Shown piece by piece: positions 49,920 to 63,030 of a DNA stretch of 64,000 nucleotides. This DNA is from the human T2T-CHM13v2.0 reference genome, Homo sapiens, in assembly GCF_009914755.1 (NCBI RefSeq), contig NC_060929.1. One strand, written 5' to 3'. Positions within the stretch are counted from its first letter, which is position 1. Each line of letters starts with the position of its first letter. The notes beneath the pieces were generated by a model, which worked only from the letters and a program-made list of their open reading frames with translations, had not been told where the DNA came from and ran no database searches. The translations under genes were made by a program, and so were the position numbers.

Positions 49920-52900
49920 TCCCGCGGCTTTGTGCTTATGTTTTGCGGGGTGGTGGCTGTGGGTGGGGTTGGCTGGGTGACGGCCTGTCTCCCTCCGCTA
50001 GCCTCCTCGGGTCCTTCGGGAGGCGCCAGATTGTGTGGGCGGCATCGCCTGGGGACAGTGGGATGGGGCTTCCACCCGGCGGAGGGCAGAAGCGTCTTCT
50101 TGGCTGGCTAGAGAAGCTCCGCCGGAGTGGCCTCCTCCCCTCCCCCAGGCCGGGGAGGAGGCCGCCGAGGGCTCTCCAATTGGAGAGCCTTTCATCTCTT
50201 TGTTTTTACAGTGATTAACCCGTCCGAGCGCGCTCCGAGCGTGGCTCCAGGCAGCGCAGGGGGAGGGGAGAGGACGGCTGGGCAAGGGAAGGGAGGGAGG
50301 AGGGCCCTGGGCTTTGTCGCTTTCAGGGAACTCTGCTGCCATAGCAATGGGCCTTTCTAAGGCCTGACTTTGATTCCGATTCCATGAAAGAGCCTGTCTG
50401 CCCAGTCTCGCGAGTGGAGAGGGCGTTCCGTCTTCCCCAGACTTGCCCCGCGCCCCTCGGACTTGGGGAGGGTAGGACGCAGCAGCAGGGCCAGGATCGC
50501 GGGGCCTGCAGGTGGAGGAGGTAGAGGAGCCCGGGACTTAATTTTGGGTACACCTCACCCCTCCTAGGGTCCCCCAGGATGGGCGCCTGGCCTTGCGCGC
50601 CTGTTCCCCTGGGAGCCACTTCGTCTCCCTGGGTGTCGGGACTGGAGGGAGGCGAGCGGTCCAGCCCCTGTCCGGCCGGAGGGAGGCCGGGGCACCTGCC
50701 GGTCTTTCCACCTCTGCATGCATTTCACACTTTCTATCCTGTTAGGCGTCCGCACTTCTATGCCAATGAGGACTCCCCTTCCCACCCCTGTTTTTTTATG
50801 TCATGTGGATTTAATCTAGTTAGACGATTTTATGCTTAAAATTGCATTGTTAACAGCAATTGTTTAAAAGGGGGCCGAGAGCGAGGGCGCCCAATCTTTG
50901 AACTGGTCGGGTTTTGCATGCCTCCGCTCCGAGCCCGTGGAGCGCTGCACAAAATCGTCTAGCGCGGAGCAGGGCGGGGACGGGGAGAGACACAAAACAA
51001 TCCTCGGGCTTTCTCGCTACTGAGCCTTCGGGGCCGTTTCCCCAAGCGCAAACAGATGCAAATGTCTCTGCAAACATTGCACAAAGCTATTCAGAGAGAG
51101 GCAGCCTCTCGCGGCCTCAATAGCCCTTTAAACCTAGTCCAATTGCCCCCAAGTAGAGGTAAAGAGTCCACATGCATTTTTTCACTTTGGCTGGAAGAGG
51201 GGCGGAGGAGGCGAGGGCCTTGGGGAGCAAGGTATGAGGGCTGCTCTGGTTCAGCGGTTCGTGCCATCGACCCGAGCTGCAGCGTGCGGAAGACCGGCAG
51301 GAGAGTGCGGTGGCTCGGGGGACTACGCGCTTCGGGCCGGGCGGGGATTGAGGTGCAGCCGAAGCTGGTGCCGCGGGAATGCGTGGACCGGAGAGGCCCC
51401 CGGGACCTTTCAGGCCCACAAACGCCGCGCTAAATAGCCACGCGCACAATAGCATGAAAGGGCTCACTCGGACCTTACTGCAACACAGTAGATTCACACC
51501 CCTCCGAGGGGACTAATAAGCTCGTAACTAACGCGCAACGCTCAGCGGTGAGAGCGGGCTTGCGCCCTGCTGGCCCCTCGCAGTACGCAGACTCAGTCTT
51601 TCAGCGTCACTCGGAGGCCCAAGGGCAGCCGCTGCACGGAGGGCAAGGCATTTCCTTCTAACCTCGCCAGTAGAGGAGCCTGGGGCCTGCCGGTGCAGTC
51701 CTTAATGCACCCCAAACTCACGTGGGGCTGGCGACCCCGGAGGCTCGGCATTTCCTGGCCCTTCAGAAGACGATGTCGGGACCTCTAGACTCCAGGCTGA
51801 GCGAGGAAGAAGCTCCAGTAAAAGATGCCAGCGTAGGCGCGGTCTTAGCCAGCTGTGGCCAAGCCGCCTCCACCTCCAGTTCAGGGCCGGGGCCTTTCCC
51901 GTCGCCGCACGCAGCAGGTGCTCTGGACGCGATGGGCGGCCTAGCCAGAGCAGGCACGTGCGCTGAGGGCCCGGAAAAGCCCCTTCCACCTTTGCCCTCT
52001 TCCCCGCTCTGGGAGACCTACTTCCATGCCACCCACATTTGCTGAAGCCCCTGGGGTTTTGCCCTCACCCAGCTTCCGACCTGGTGGTCTTAGGGACAGA
52101 AATCAAGCTATACGTAGCTCCAGAGTCCCACAAACCCTTCCTTCACAGTTAAGCGAGAGTGGTCTAAGCCAGTTGCTAGGGTAGGGAAGAAGTCGCCTCA
52201 CAAAGGACTGGGAATATTTAGGCTTCAGAGGCAGCCCGGAGGTGTATAATCTGCAGGCGGCTGTCATTCCTGAGTCCCTAAACTTTATCTTAAGGGCAGA
52301 GGTCATATTTCACTCCCCACAGGAAGTGGCCCGTGGAAAGTGTTCCCCGCTGTCAGTGGAATAGATGAGTGAGTTGTGTGGTGCTCTGGGCAGGGAAGTC
52401 TCCCAAGGGCTCAGCGGTGACTGACTTTGGGTGTCAAGGAAGAAGCCTCCTAGCTTCTGGTAGTAGATCCTAGCCCCAGAGGCCATCCAGCCGCTCCTTT
52501 GTTAGAGCCGGAGTTTGTGAGGCCACAGCGCTTTCCCCACCTCAGACGCCCAATAGCATGCTACTGTGGTTATCCCCATCTTTCGGATGAGCACATCCAG
52601 GTTTAAAGTTGCCGTCGCCTGCCAAACAGTGGCAGAGCCAGGATTCGAGCCTTGGCAGTTGATTCCTAGGGTCTATTATGAGTTTGTTACAAACCGAGCT
52701 TCTTTCTTCTCCAACCCCACCCCCACCCGCAGCTCTGGAGACCATTTCTCCAGGCTGGGGGACGCAACCTGCCTCCCGAGAGGCGCGTCCCTGTCGCCTC
52801 AGGCAGGTGCAGGCCGGGCGGGCGCGTGGGGCGGGGCAGGGGCGTTATCTCCTGACCGAAGAGGGCCGCACATCTGTTTATCTCTGAAGCGGCGCTGGAT

Positions 52901-53125
52901 TGGATTTCTCGATGTTTATCTCCCTCAGAGGAACAGCGCGCTGGGGCTGCGGAGAGCGCAGCTGCGGGCCGGGCAGTGATTGACAGGTCGGGAACAGGGC
53001 CTCCCGCCCCTCCTCCGTCTGGGTGGGGGGCGCTTGGCTGCCCACTGCGCACCCCATCCTAGAGCGCTGCAGGTGAGCATGCCGGCGGCCAGGTGCCTCC
53101 GAGTTCCTCGGTTACCCGGCGCTCA
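49920..53125. promoter_or_regulatory. Orphan CpG island cluster (no coding gene attached)
   Basis: Visibly high GC and CpG density at ~49920-50710, ~50870-52080 and ~52770-53125. GC-boxes are present, with essentially no interspersed repeats apart from a short MIR piece. Confidence 0.85.
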
Positions 53126-56100
53126 GGCCTGCTCCTCACTAGGGACCACTTAGCTGAGCCAGAGAGATTGCAGTGTTGACTTAGTGAGGCAGTCTAGGGC
53201 GGGGGTGGGGAGCGGGAGAGGTAGCCAGTGAAAAGGTGGATGAAATCCTAATGAGTCAATTTCCTAACCTGCCAGAGAGGCAGCCTAGGGGAACCACGGG
53301 AAGTGCCCTCTGCTCTCAAGAATGCCTGGAGCTAAGAGGGGAGCCTTAGTACCCCGAAGAGGTACTGGGAGAGGGAGCTTCAAGGCCATGAGTAGGGCTG
53401 CTTCAGGAGGCTGTGAGGTCACAGGAAACCCAGAGTTGAATGTTTGTCTACCTTCCCTAGCTATACCCCCTACCCAAACCAGGCGACCTCCCCACTTTCT
53501 TCTCCATCACTGCGGTTTGTACTTATGTACACACCCATCTGGCATGGTTGTGTGGTTGATGAAACTGGGCTCCTGCGGGTAGGGCTGGAGCATGAAGTAG
53601 TGTTCAGGCAACACTTGTTGCTGGTTAGGGCTACTGGACCTTTGAGGAAGCAGGCTGAACCGTGGTGTTGCAACTATTGTTCACAAGCCACCTAGGATCA
53701 TGGGAAAAGTCATCTGGATTTTGATCTTTTTCATGCTGGGGCCCTACTTGGTACCTGTATGTCCTGGTTTATTACATGAATGTCAGCATATGTTGTTGAC
53801 CTTAATTCTCCCTGCCCCAGTGGCTGCCTTAGAAATGTGGCATGTCCCTCTAAAGCTTTCATTTAGTGCCCTCATTCCAGCCAACATCCAGCTGCCCATT
53901 TTTCACTTTCCAGCCCACTTCAGAGTGGGCTGGATACCCTTTGTGCCCCTGACACTAAGGGACAAGTAAGCATGTCTTATCCCTTGTAATGGTGGTCTGA
54001 GGTCTGGAATGACTGCAGACAGGACACTCAGGAGCAATCTGAGCAGTGCATACTCTGCCAATTGCTGTGGACTCAAACTCTATAGAGGACATTGGTTGGT
54101 CTTATATATATGCTGGCCTGGCAGTGTCGATGGCCCTGTATCTTCAGTGATGAGATACAGGTGCCTGGATTTATCATTTCACCTAGATTATATATAGCTG
54201 GCTAGTGGCAATAACCCCACAATAAACTGGTGTCACTTTGATGGGTGAATGGATGGTGGCTGGCCCCATTTGGGACAAATTTCCACCTCCTCAGGCAGAA
54301 TGGGCACCAACTCTGTGTGTGGGCAGGAGGGCCATAGATTGTTCCAGAGTGCCAAGAAGTGCAGACTCCTGGAAATGAAGCAGGAAACTGGTGTGGGAAG
54401 CCTCTGGTGTCCTTCTAGCCCTGTGTTCTAATGAACGTTTAATGTCAGGTGGGGCGAGTGGTCCGTGAATGCTACCATGTTAGTTTCCTCACTTTTTATG
54501 TTGTCCTACAGGAGCAGAGCATGGCTCGTACGAATGCTTATCAAATCAGAAACCACAGCTTCCATGGAGGGCCACCAGCAACAAAACTGGTTCTCATACA
54601 ACGAAAAATGAGGCAGCCCAAGGCCGCAGTGTGTTCTGCTGCGTGTGTATTTACCTTTTCCATAAGCTGCGCTGCACTCAGGCATGGTTCTCCCTGGCTG
54701 GGACCTCTGTAGGGAGACCAGAGTGCCAGGGAAGGTCTTACCAGTGCCCTATTTCTTGATGATGAGTCATGATGAGGCTATTACAAAACAAAGCCTGTTT
54801 CAAGAAATGAGTAGTTTTGGCTGATTCAGGCTTCAAGACTTGAAATCTGTTTCCCTTTTGTGAGTTAGAGCAGCTCCTGTTAGCAGTGGCCATTAACGTT
54901 GGTGTCTGCCAAGACAGAGGCCCAAGCAGGCCAGGGCAGGCACGGCTTTCTCTTCCCGACTATCACACACAGGTGGAACTTAATCCATGATTCCCTTTAT
55001 TTCTGAAACAAATCTTTATGTTTTCTTTCAGAAGAGACCTTAATGGCCTCTTACCAAGAAGAGGCTTAAAAGGTTTTTTCTCTAAGAACCAGGTCCTGAA
55101 CATCTTGAGGTGAAGAGTCAGGAATGGGAGGAATTTAACCACCCAGAGTTGCTGGCAGCTGTGAGGGGAAAGCCTGGAGCCATGTTTGAGAAACAGGCTC
55201 CACAGGGGTGGCTTAACTGAAGAGAGGAGAGCAGATCATGAGGCTGGAAAGATGGGCTTGGGGAAGGACTGAGGAGTCAGTGCATAGCCCTCTCTGTCCT
55301 CTGGAGCCTTGAGAATATTCGCTTTTAGAGACAGATAAATGGAGAATATCCCGGGCACACCACCAAGCCCTGCCAGGAGCTGAAGCCAGGGCTTAAAGCA
55401 TCATGTGTGAAGGTCCCTGGGCGGTGCCCTGGAGAATCCCGGCAGAGGCTTCCTATCTCTGGTTATTGTTTCAGCTCTCCACATACCGCTAGTCCCTCCA
55501 TCATTTAGGCCACAGCATTGTGCTGGCTGTGGCTACTCCCTGTTTCCCATCCCATTGTAACAGACCCCTTTTCGACCAAGTCCTTTCAGTTCGAACAAGA
55601 AGACAAAGGCTGGCCCTCCAAGGAGAGGCTTCTCTTTCTAAATATTTACCCTGCTGCCCTGATTCATCATTAAGACTTCCTTTGTGTGGAGCTGCACAGG
55701 CACAAGTCATTGCCCCCCAGCCCACCATGCTTGACATGGCCAGTGGTTCAAGCCTCCCTGTCCTTCCCTTGCCTCCTTTAGGGGTAAAAGATGCAGAGGC
55801 TTGAACCACTTCTCCCTTCCTGCCTTCTGGAGAGGCCCTGGGCCAGCCACTGGCTGGCAATGCTCAAGAGGTGCCTCTGACAGTGCAGGTTTACTTTCTT
55901 TCTTTTTTTACGTGGTCAAAGGATATTTGAAGATTGAAAGTTCACTAAGCATTTTAGGAACTCATTCCAAGGCAGCTCACATTCCTTCAACAAATGTTGA
56001 TTGAGTACATGTGTGAGATGGGCCTTGTCTTTCCTTCCAGAGCCCTTAGAACCCAGCATAAGCCTGATGCGCAGAAGGTGCTTAGAAATACCAAGAGAAT

Positions 56101-56334
56101 CACAGAGCAGCCACGGGAGGAAGTCATCAGACAGAGAGGAGACTCCTTGCCTACCCTAGCAAGCTCTTCTTCTCACAGTTTTACTGCATATGGTTCTGAC
56201 GTCACTTCCTAGGCAGGTTTAGCTTTTTGTTTCTGTAGAAGACATTTTCTGGAAAACTGCATAAGTTAGGTTGTTGTAAATTGGAACCTTGGAATTGTCC
56301 CAGACTCCTAGAAATGGGATAAGAGGTGCAAGAG

Positions 56335-57150
56335 TCCTTATCCAAGTGGTTTAAACAGCAGTAAACATTTGTTGTCTCACTGTTTATGTGGGTCAGAAGT
56401 TTGGAAATGGCTTAGCTGTGTGGTTCTGTTGTGGGGTGTCTCATGTGGTTGCAGTCAAGATGTCAGCTGAGGCTGCAATCTTTTGAAGGGGTGACTGGGA
56501 ATGGAAGAGCTGCTCCCAAGATGGCATGCTCACATTGTGGGCAGTTGGTGTTGGCTGTTGGTGAGGGCCTCAGTTCCTCACTTTGTAGACCTCTTCACTG
56601 GGCTGCTTGAGTATTCTCAAGACATTGCAGCTAGCTGGCTGCCCCCAAAGCAAGTGTTCCAACAGTGGCAAGGAAAATGCCACAATGTCCTTTCTGACGC
56701 AGCCTTGGAAGTCATAGTCCATCGTTTCTGTAACATCCTTGCATTAGTCTGTTTTCATGCTGCTGAGAAAGACATACCTGAGACTGGGAAGGAAAAGAGG
56801 TTTAACTGGACTTACAGTTCCACGTGGTTGGGGAGGCCTAAGAATCACAGCAGGAGGCAAAAGGCACTTCTTACATGGCAGCAGCAAGAGAAAATGAGGA
56901 AGAAGCAAGAATGGAAACCCCTGATAAACCAATCAGATCTCGTGAGACTTACTCACTATAATAACACAAGAAAGACTGGTCCCCATGATTCAGTTACCTC
57001 CCCCTGGGTCCCTCCCACAACATGTGGGAATCCTGGGAGATACAATTCAAGTTGAGATTTGGGTGAGGCCACAGTCAAACCATATCAATCCTATTGGTCA
57101 GCCCTGATCAGTGTAGGAGGACACTACACAAGGGGCTGAATACTGGGCGG
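56335..57150 (-). mobile_element. MLT1 LTR split by a THE1 insertion
   Basis: AAGTGGTTTAAACAGC...GGTTGCAGTCAAGATGTCAGCTGAGGCTGCAATC...CCAAGATGGC, resuming after 57092 with ATTGGTCAGCCCTGAT...CTACACAAGGG. Confidence 0.75.
56740..57087 (-). mobile_element. THE1C-like solo LTR
   Basis: TG...CA termini (TGCATTAGTCTGTTTTCATGCTGCTG...CAAACCATATCA) with a perfect 5-bp TSD ATCCT at 56735-56739 and 57088-57092. Confidence 0.92.
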
Positions 57151-58029
57151 CGAGGATGACTGGAGTGGTCTTAGAGGCTATCTACTGCACCTTTTAATAT
57201 GGTACATATTTTCTTGTTTATTACACTTATTTTTCATTGTTTTTCTTTCACTACTAGCTCTTTGAAGGCGGGGTTCTTTGTCTTTCTTTGTTTCCCAAGT
57301 TTCTAGAATAGTGCCTACTACATAGAAGGCATGAAATAGATATTTATTGAATTGCATTAATTTGATTTGAATTATTTCCAAACAAAAATCAGTTCCCCCA
57401 CTTGAAGGGGGTGGGGGAACTGATAATTAGTGCTTCTGACTTGTGTTTTTAAACCAAAGAATCCACTGTCTCTTATTGCTACTTATTAGATACGTCCAGT
57501 GTTTGCTATGTTGGCCTTTTTATTTTATTTTTAAAATAAGGCACTCTTGTATTTGAAGGTAGCTACTAAGCAAGATTTACAGGGACATAATCCTGTTCTT
57601 CAACTCTACAGGAAATAAAAGGGATCTTTTAAATCTTTCTGTTCCTCAGTTTCCTCGTTTGAAAAATCGAATATTGCTGACTATATACTAGGGTGTTTTA
57701 TGGATTAAATGAGATATTTTACTTTTAAAGGATTAAAAGTAAAGTATATCTCCTACAGTAAGCACCCAAAAAATAAACTATATCAGTCAATTTTAGAGGT
57801 CATCGAGTCAGGAAACAGGCTGTGAGAAAGGTGGAGAAATCCTCTCTGAAACTTTTAGGACTGCCTGGATAATGCGTCAGGCATGTTGTCCTGTGCCGAA
57901 AGTATGTCGTTAACACCCGCACTGAGGCTCCTGCTGACTTGGATGACTGGAAACAACCTGGATGCCATTTAGGAATCTTCCTGGGCAAGTTGAGGAAATT
58001 GTGCGATCCACTTGCTAACTCAAGAGCAC

Positions 58030-58720
58030 GTTTAGCAGGCTATCATTTGAGATCCTGTAGGTACTGGTCCTGGGCTTGCAGAGATGATAGAAGTGCAATC
58101 TTTGGCCTCAGGGGACTCACTGTCTTTAGGGAAAGACAGACAGATAAGCCACTCATTCTGATATAGTGGTCAGTGCAGTTGTTGAGTCCCTGGACCCTTG
58201 GGGAAATAAGTGGTGCGGAGACAGCATTATAAATGGGGTGATATAAACTAAGTTTTAGGGTTGGGTAAGAGTTGGGAGCATAAATGATAGGAAGCAGGGA
58301 AGGTTATGTCCCAGCAGAGGAAACAGCTTGGGCAAAGGCCTGCAAGCATGATATGGGTAGGGGGAGGGAGCACGTGGAGGTCATAAAGACAGATGAGGCT
58401 GAAGGTACAGAGGAAATAAACAGGCTGGAATTTTATCCTGTAGGATTTTTATTCTGTACCCCTGGAAATAGGTAAACGAATAGTGAGTGTGTCAGACTTG
58501 TATTTTAAAATCCACTGGTGGCCTTCTGGAGGACAGACCAGAATGGGTGAGACCTGAAGCAGGGAGATGAGAGGGGAAACTGGTGCAGGGACCCTGCAGC
58601 CATGGGTAGAAATCGTGGATTGCAGGATTCCACTGGGCATGACCCAGGGACACTCCCAGTCTCATCTGGAAGAAGAATCTAAGGTTTCTTCCCTGATGAT
58701 CTGCCCCAGTTACTGCCAGT
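58030..58720. mobile_element. L2 LINE fragment (highly diverged)
   Basis: CCTCAGGGGACTCACTGTCT...CCAGCAGAGGAAACAGCTTGGGCAAAGGCCTG...GAATTTTATCCTGTAGG...TATTTTAAAATCCACTGG. Confidence 0.6.
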
Positions 58721-60427
58721 GGAGGGAGTCCTTGGGGGACCACCTTACTATTCAAAAGTGGAAAACAAAGGAGGCAGGGATTTGGTCCAATGACTTTGCA
58801 CCTGCTTTCTTCTACTGGAGAGGAGGACACCTATTTCAGAAGAGAAGTCCACAACCCCCTATTTTCTCCTTTATCCCATTTGAAATGCTACTGAAGCCTT
58901 TACAATGACCCTGTACTTACTCCCAGCATTTAATTTTATGCCTGGCTCATCGTACACTTGGGATAAAGACGATGGTTACATGATTCATTTTCTTCTGGAG
59001 ACCAGGGCCTAAGACCCACCAATCTTTACCTCCTCCATAAAACATAGCACAGGGTCTAGCTCTTTTAGCAGAACCCAGTAAGTAGATGACATTGGCAAAC
59101 AAATTCAAGCACTGCTTTCAAACCTTTTCTGCAGAGAAGGTGTGCGCCACATTTACACATACATGTACACACATGTGCCTGCCTCCCCGCCCCACCCTAC
59201 CCCAGGCTATTTTCCAGAATAGGATTTAACAGATCAGTCTCCACCCCATTCCCTCCCGACCCTGGCTTCATAGCCAGGGAAGCGAAAGATGAGCTGAGTG
59301 CTTTTTCTTTTGAGTCAGATGACTCAGATCTCAGTTAAAGGGAGACACATCTGTCATGCTCAGCCTGGGGACTTTGGGACAGGTCTCTGGGGCCAGCCTG
59401 CAAATCTTGAACTAACTCACTCCCTTTGATGGGTGATAGGGAATCCTCCACCTGACATGCAGGGACAGAGGGGACCCTGGGTCTCCTGTGCCTCTTCCCT
59501 CTGCTGCTAGGTCCCTCCCTCGTGCTGGGTGCTCACCGTAGGGATCCTCATCTCCCACTCTGTGTGTGAGGCAAAGGCGGGAGACATGTGTGAGGTTTTT
59601 GTGGTGGAGAAAATCTGGCAGTCCTGAATTTATTCCTGAATCTACCATCTGCTGAGTGTGTTCTTGAGGATTATGATACATTTTTTAAAGCAGTGGGGGA
59701 GGTGAGAGGGTGAAAAACTGGTGATTCCTTCTCCACCTCTTCCCTGCTGTTCTTGGAGCCATGCAGAGCCAGGCCTTGGCATCCTGAGGCCGGGTGCACC
59801 TGGGAGTCAGATCCAGTCTCAGGTCTGGCTCTGCCACTTTTCTGACCCTGACATTTAGTCTGTTTCCATCATAAAATGGGACAAACATGCCTGCTGTTCA
59901 CCTGAGGATCCAATGAGTCACTGTATGCATGAGGTCTTTTAAACTGTAGAGGTACTTGGGCCTGCCATTAGTTGATGGTGCTGAAGCAGAACCTAAGAGC
60001 CAGCGTTCAACTAGGACCAGGCATGCTGCCACTTGGGGACATCAGTGCAAGGTGTCGCCACAGCTTTCACTCCCAAGCATGGATGGCAGGGAAGCTGGGA
60101 TGCAGCTTTGGAAGCTGACCTTTGGTTATCAATGAATTAAAATTCACTGATTGCTAAAGGGGGCGGGGAAGAGAAAGGATGAAGCTGGCACCTGCTCTAA
60201 CGGGGTGGGTGAGCGTGTCCCCTGCCCCCAGCTGCAGCATCCTGGCTTGGCCTCAGAGTCTGACAAATGTCTTTTCTCATAGAAGAAAGGAAGGAGAGGG
60301 GGGAGCAAGGCTTCAAGCTGAGCCACAGAAGGGAGTACAAGGTTGAATCAGATGACCCCACCTGCTCTTTCCCACCCCTTTGTAAATACTTCAGATCCTA
60401 GAAGAAAAGGAGCATTTTCCCCAGGAA

Positions 60428-60542
60428 AAGTAACCAACCATTCTGGTTTACCCAGAACTGAGGGGATTCCTGGGATGCGGGAATTTCAGTGTTGAAACAG
60501 GGACAGTTCCAAGTGAACTAGGATGGCAGGTTGTCCTACCCC
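60428..60542. mobile_element. MER81-like hAT MITE
   Basis: GTAACCAACCATTCTGGTTTACCCAGAACTGAGGGGATTCCTGGGATGCGGGAATTTCAGTGTTGAAACAGGGACAGTTCC. Confidence 0.65.
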
Positions 60543-61155
60543 CAAGGTAACTGCCTCCAGATAGTTTATTACTTCTGAATAGATTGCTCAGCTGATCCCT
60601 TTATTAACTACAGGAGAAGCAACTTTACTCCCCCTCCCCCCCCACCCCTAGGAGTAAGAGAACAAGGAAACTTCATTTCATCTTAGATTTCTGCATTGGC
60701 AGCACTGTGATTGGTAACAAGGAATGGATGATGGATGAAGCACGCTCTTCGATTAACTGAAGGTGATCTACATAGGTCATGGTGAGATATGTTGGAAGAC
60801 ATAAGGCCCATTAAATGCATAATTCATGTGAAAATGGTGAGCTCAAAGATGTTCATCCGGCTCTGCCCGAAAAGAAATCTGAAATAAAATGGATATGTGT
60901 TTACCTTTTTTGCTGGAGTTGTAGCTGGTAACCTTGGTATTTGAGGGTTGTAAATGCATGTGCCTAGGGTTGTGTGTTATGGTGGGAAAGGCCTGGATTT
61001 GGCAAATTGATCCTCATTTGAGTCTTTGCCTTTCCACTTATTCTCTTTCTCCGAAGGCAGGTATTTCACTGCCCCCAGCCTTAGTGTTCATATCTGCAAA
61101 ATGGGTAACATACTTACCACAAGGTTGCTTTGAGGATTAAAAGTCACACCACCTA

Positions 61156-61577
<422 letters not shown>

Positions 61578-61716
61578 TTATATATGCTTTTCTAACTTTT
61601 TGTTCTTAGCATGTTTTACAATATTTGCTTCATGCAATGGTACACACATAAGACAAACATAAGTTACAACACAAAATGAGTACCCAGAAACTTATCACCC
61701 AACCTAAGATCTAGAG

Positions 61717-62205
61717 CAGGGGTCCCAATCCCCAGGCCATGGGCCTATACCAGTCCATGGCCTGTTAGGAACCAGACCACAGAGCAGGAGGTGAGTGGTT
61801 GAAGCTTTGTCTGTATTTATAGCTGCTCACCATCACTCACAATACTCCCTGAGCTCTGCCTCCTATCAGATCAGTGGCAGCATTAGATTCTCCTAGGAGC
61901 GCAAACCCTATTGTGAACTGCACAAGTGCGGGATCTAGGGTGTGCACTCCTTATAAGAATCTAATGCCTGATGATCTGTCACTGTCTAGTTGCAGGAAAA
62001 CAAACTCAGGGCTCCCACTAATTCTACATTATGGTTAGTTCTATAATTATTTTTATTATATATTACAATGTAATCATAATAGAAAAAAGTGCACAATAAA
62101 TGTAATGCTCTTGAATCACCCTGAAACCAACTCTTGACCCTGGTCTGTGGAAAAATTGTCTTCCGTGAAACCGGTCCCTGGTGTCAAAAAGGTTGGGGAC
62201 CATTG
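61717..62205. mobile_element. MER1A (hAT-Charlie) element
   Basis: Ends CAGGGGTCCCAATCC and GGTTGGGGACCATTG, with a perfect 8-bp TSD ATCTAGAG at 61709-61716 and 62206-62213. Confidence 0.92.
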
Positions 62206-62213
62206 ATCTAGAG

Positions 62214-62665
62214 CATTCATTTCCCAGGACTGCCATAACAAATTACCACAAACTGGGTGTCTAAAAACAAAGGAAATTTATTCTCTCACAGTTCTGACCA
62301 GAAGTCCAAAATCAGGGTGCCAGTAGGGCTCAACTCCCTCCAAAGGCTCTTGGAAAGAATCCTTTCTTGCCTCTCCCAGCATCTGGTGGTTCCTGGCATT
62401 CTTTGGCTTGTGGAAACATAAATCCAATCTTTGCCTCTGTCTTCACTTGGCCTTCTTTCCTGTGTCTGTGTCTAAAACCTGCTGCTTCTATCTCTTAAAA
62501 GAACACCCGTCATTGGACTTAGGGCCCACCAAACATCCAGGATGATGTCAGCCTGAGATTCTTAATTACAACTACAAAGACCCTATTTCCAAATAAGGTC
62601 ACATTCACAGTACCAGGAGTTCAGAATTGGACATATCTTTTTTAGGCGCACTCTTAAACCAACTG
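62214..62665 (-). mobile_element. MLT1B/C-like LTR
   Basis: CTGCCATAACAAATTACCACAAACTGGGTG...ATTTATTCTCTCACAGTTCTG...TTTCCAAATAAGGTCACATTC. Confidence 0.85.
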
Positions 62666-62699
62666 CGATCATCATTATGAGTTTCCCTCTGCCCATGCT

Positions 62700-63030
62700 T
62701 TTTCCATTAATGTTATATTTCTTAAGAGTCATTCATATTGATGTAAGTAGCTGTAGTTCATTCATGCTTAATACTCTGTTGGGTACTAGTACCCCAATAC
62801 ATTTATCCATTCTCCTGAAAATGGATATTCAAGTTATTTCCACTTTGAGGCATCATAAACAATGCTTCTTTATCTCCTGGTGCTCAAGTGCAAACGTTTA
62901 TCTAGAATATAAGACTAGGAGTTGAATTGCTGGACCCAGGGTAATGGATGAATAGCATTTTGTAGGATGATGTCAAATTGTTTTCCAAAGTGATTATACC
63001 AATCTGCATTCCCATAAGTCAAGTACAAGA
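62700..63030 (-). mobile_element. Old L1ME 3' fragment
   Basis: GTAGCTGTAGTTCATTCAT...ATTTATCCATTCTCCTG...GAATTGCTGG...CAAATTGTTTTCCAAAGTGATTATACCAAT. Confidence 0.75.

Noticed and set aside
51664-51682. CTCF-like TCGCCAGTAGAGGAGCC
   Set aside because: Mismatches at the key GGC positions; too weak to call.
56501-57055. 184-aa ATG ORF
   Set aside because: It spans an MLT1/THE1 LTR junction; a chance open frame in LTR sequence.
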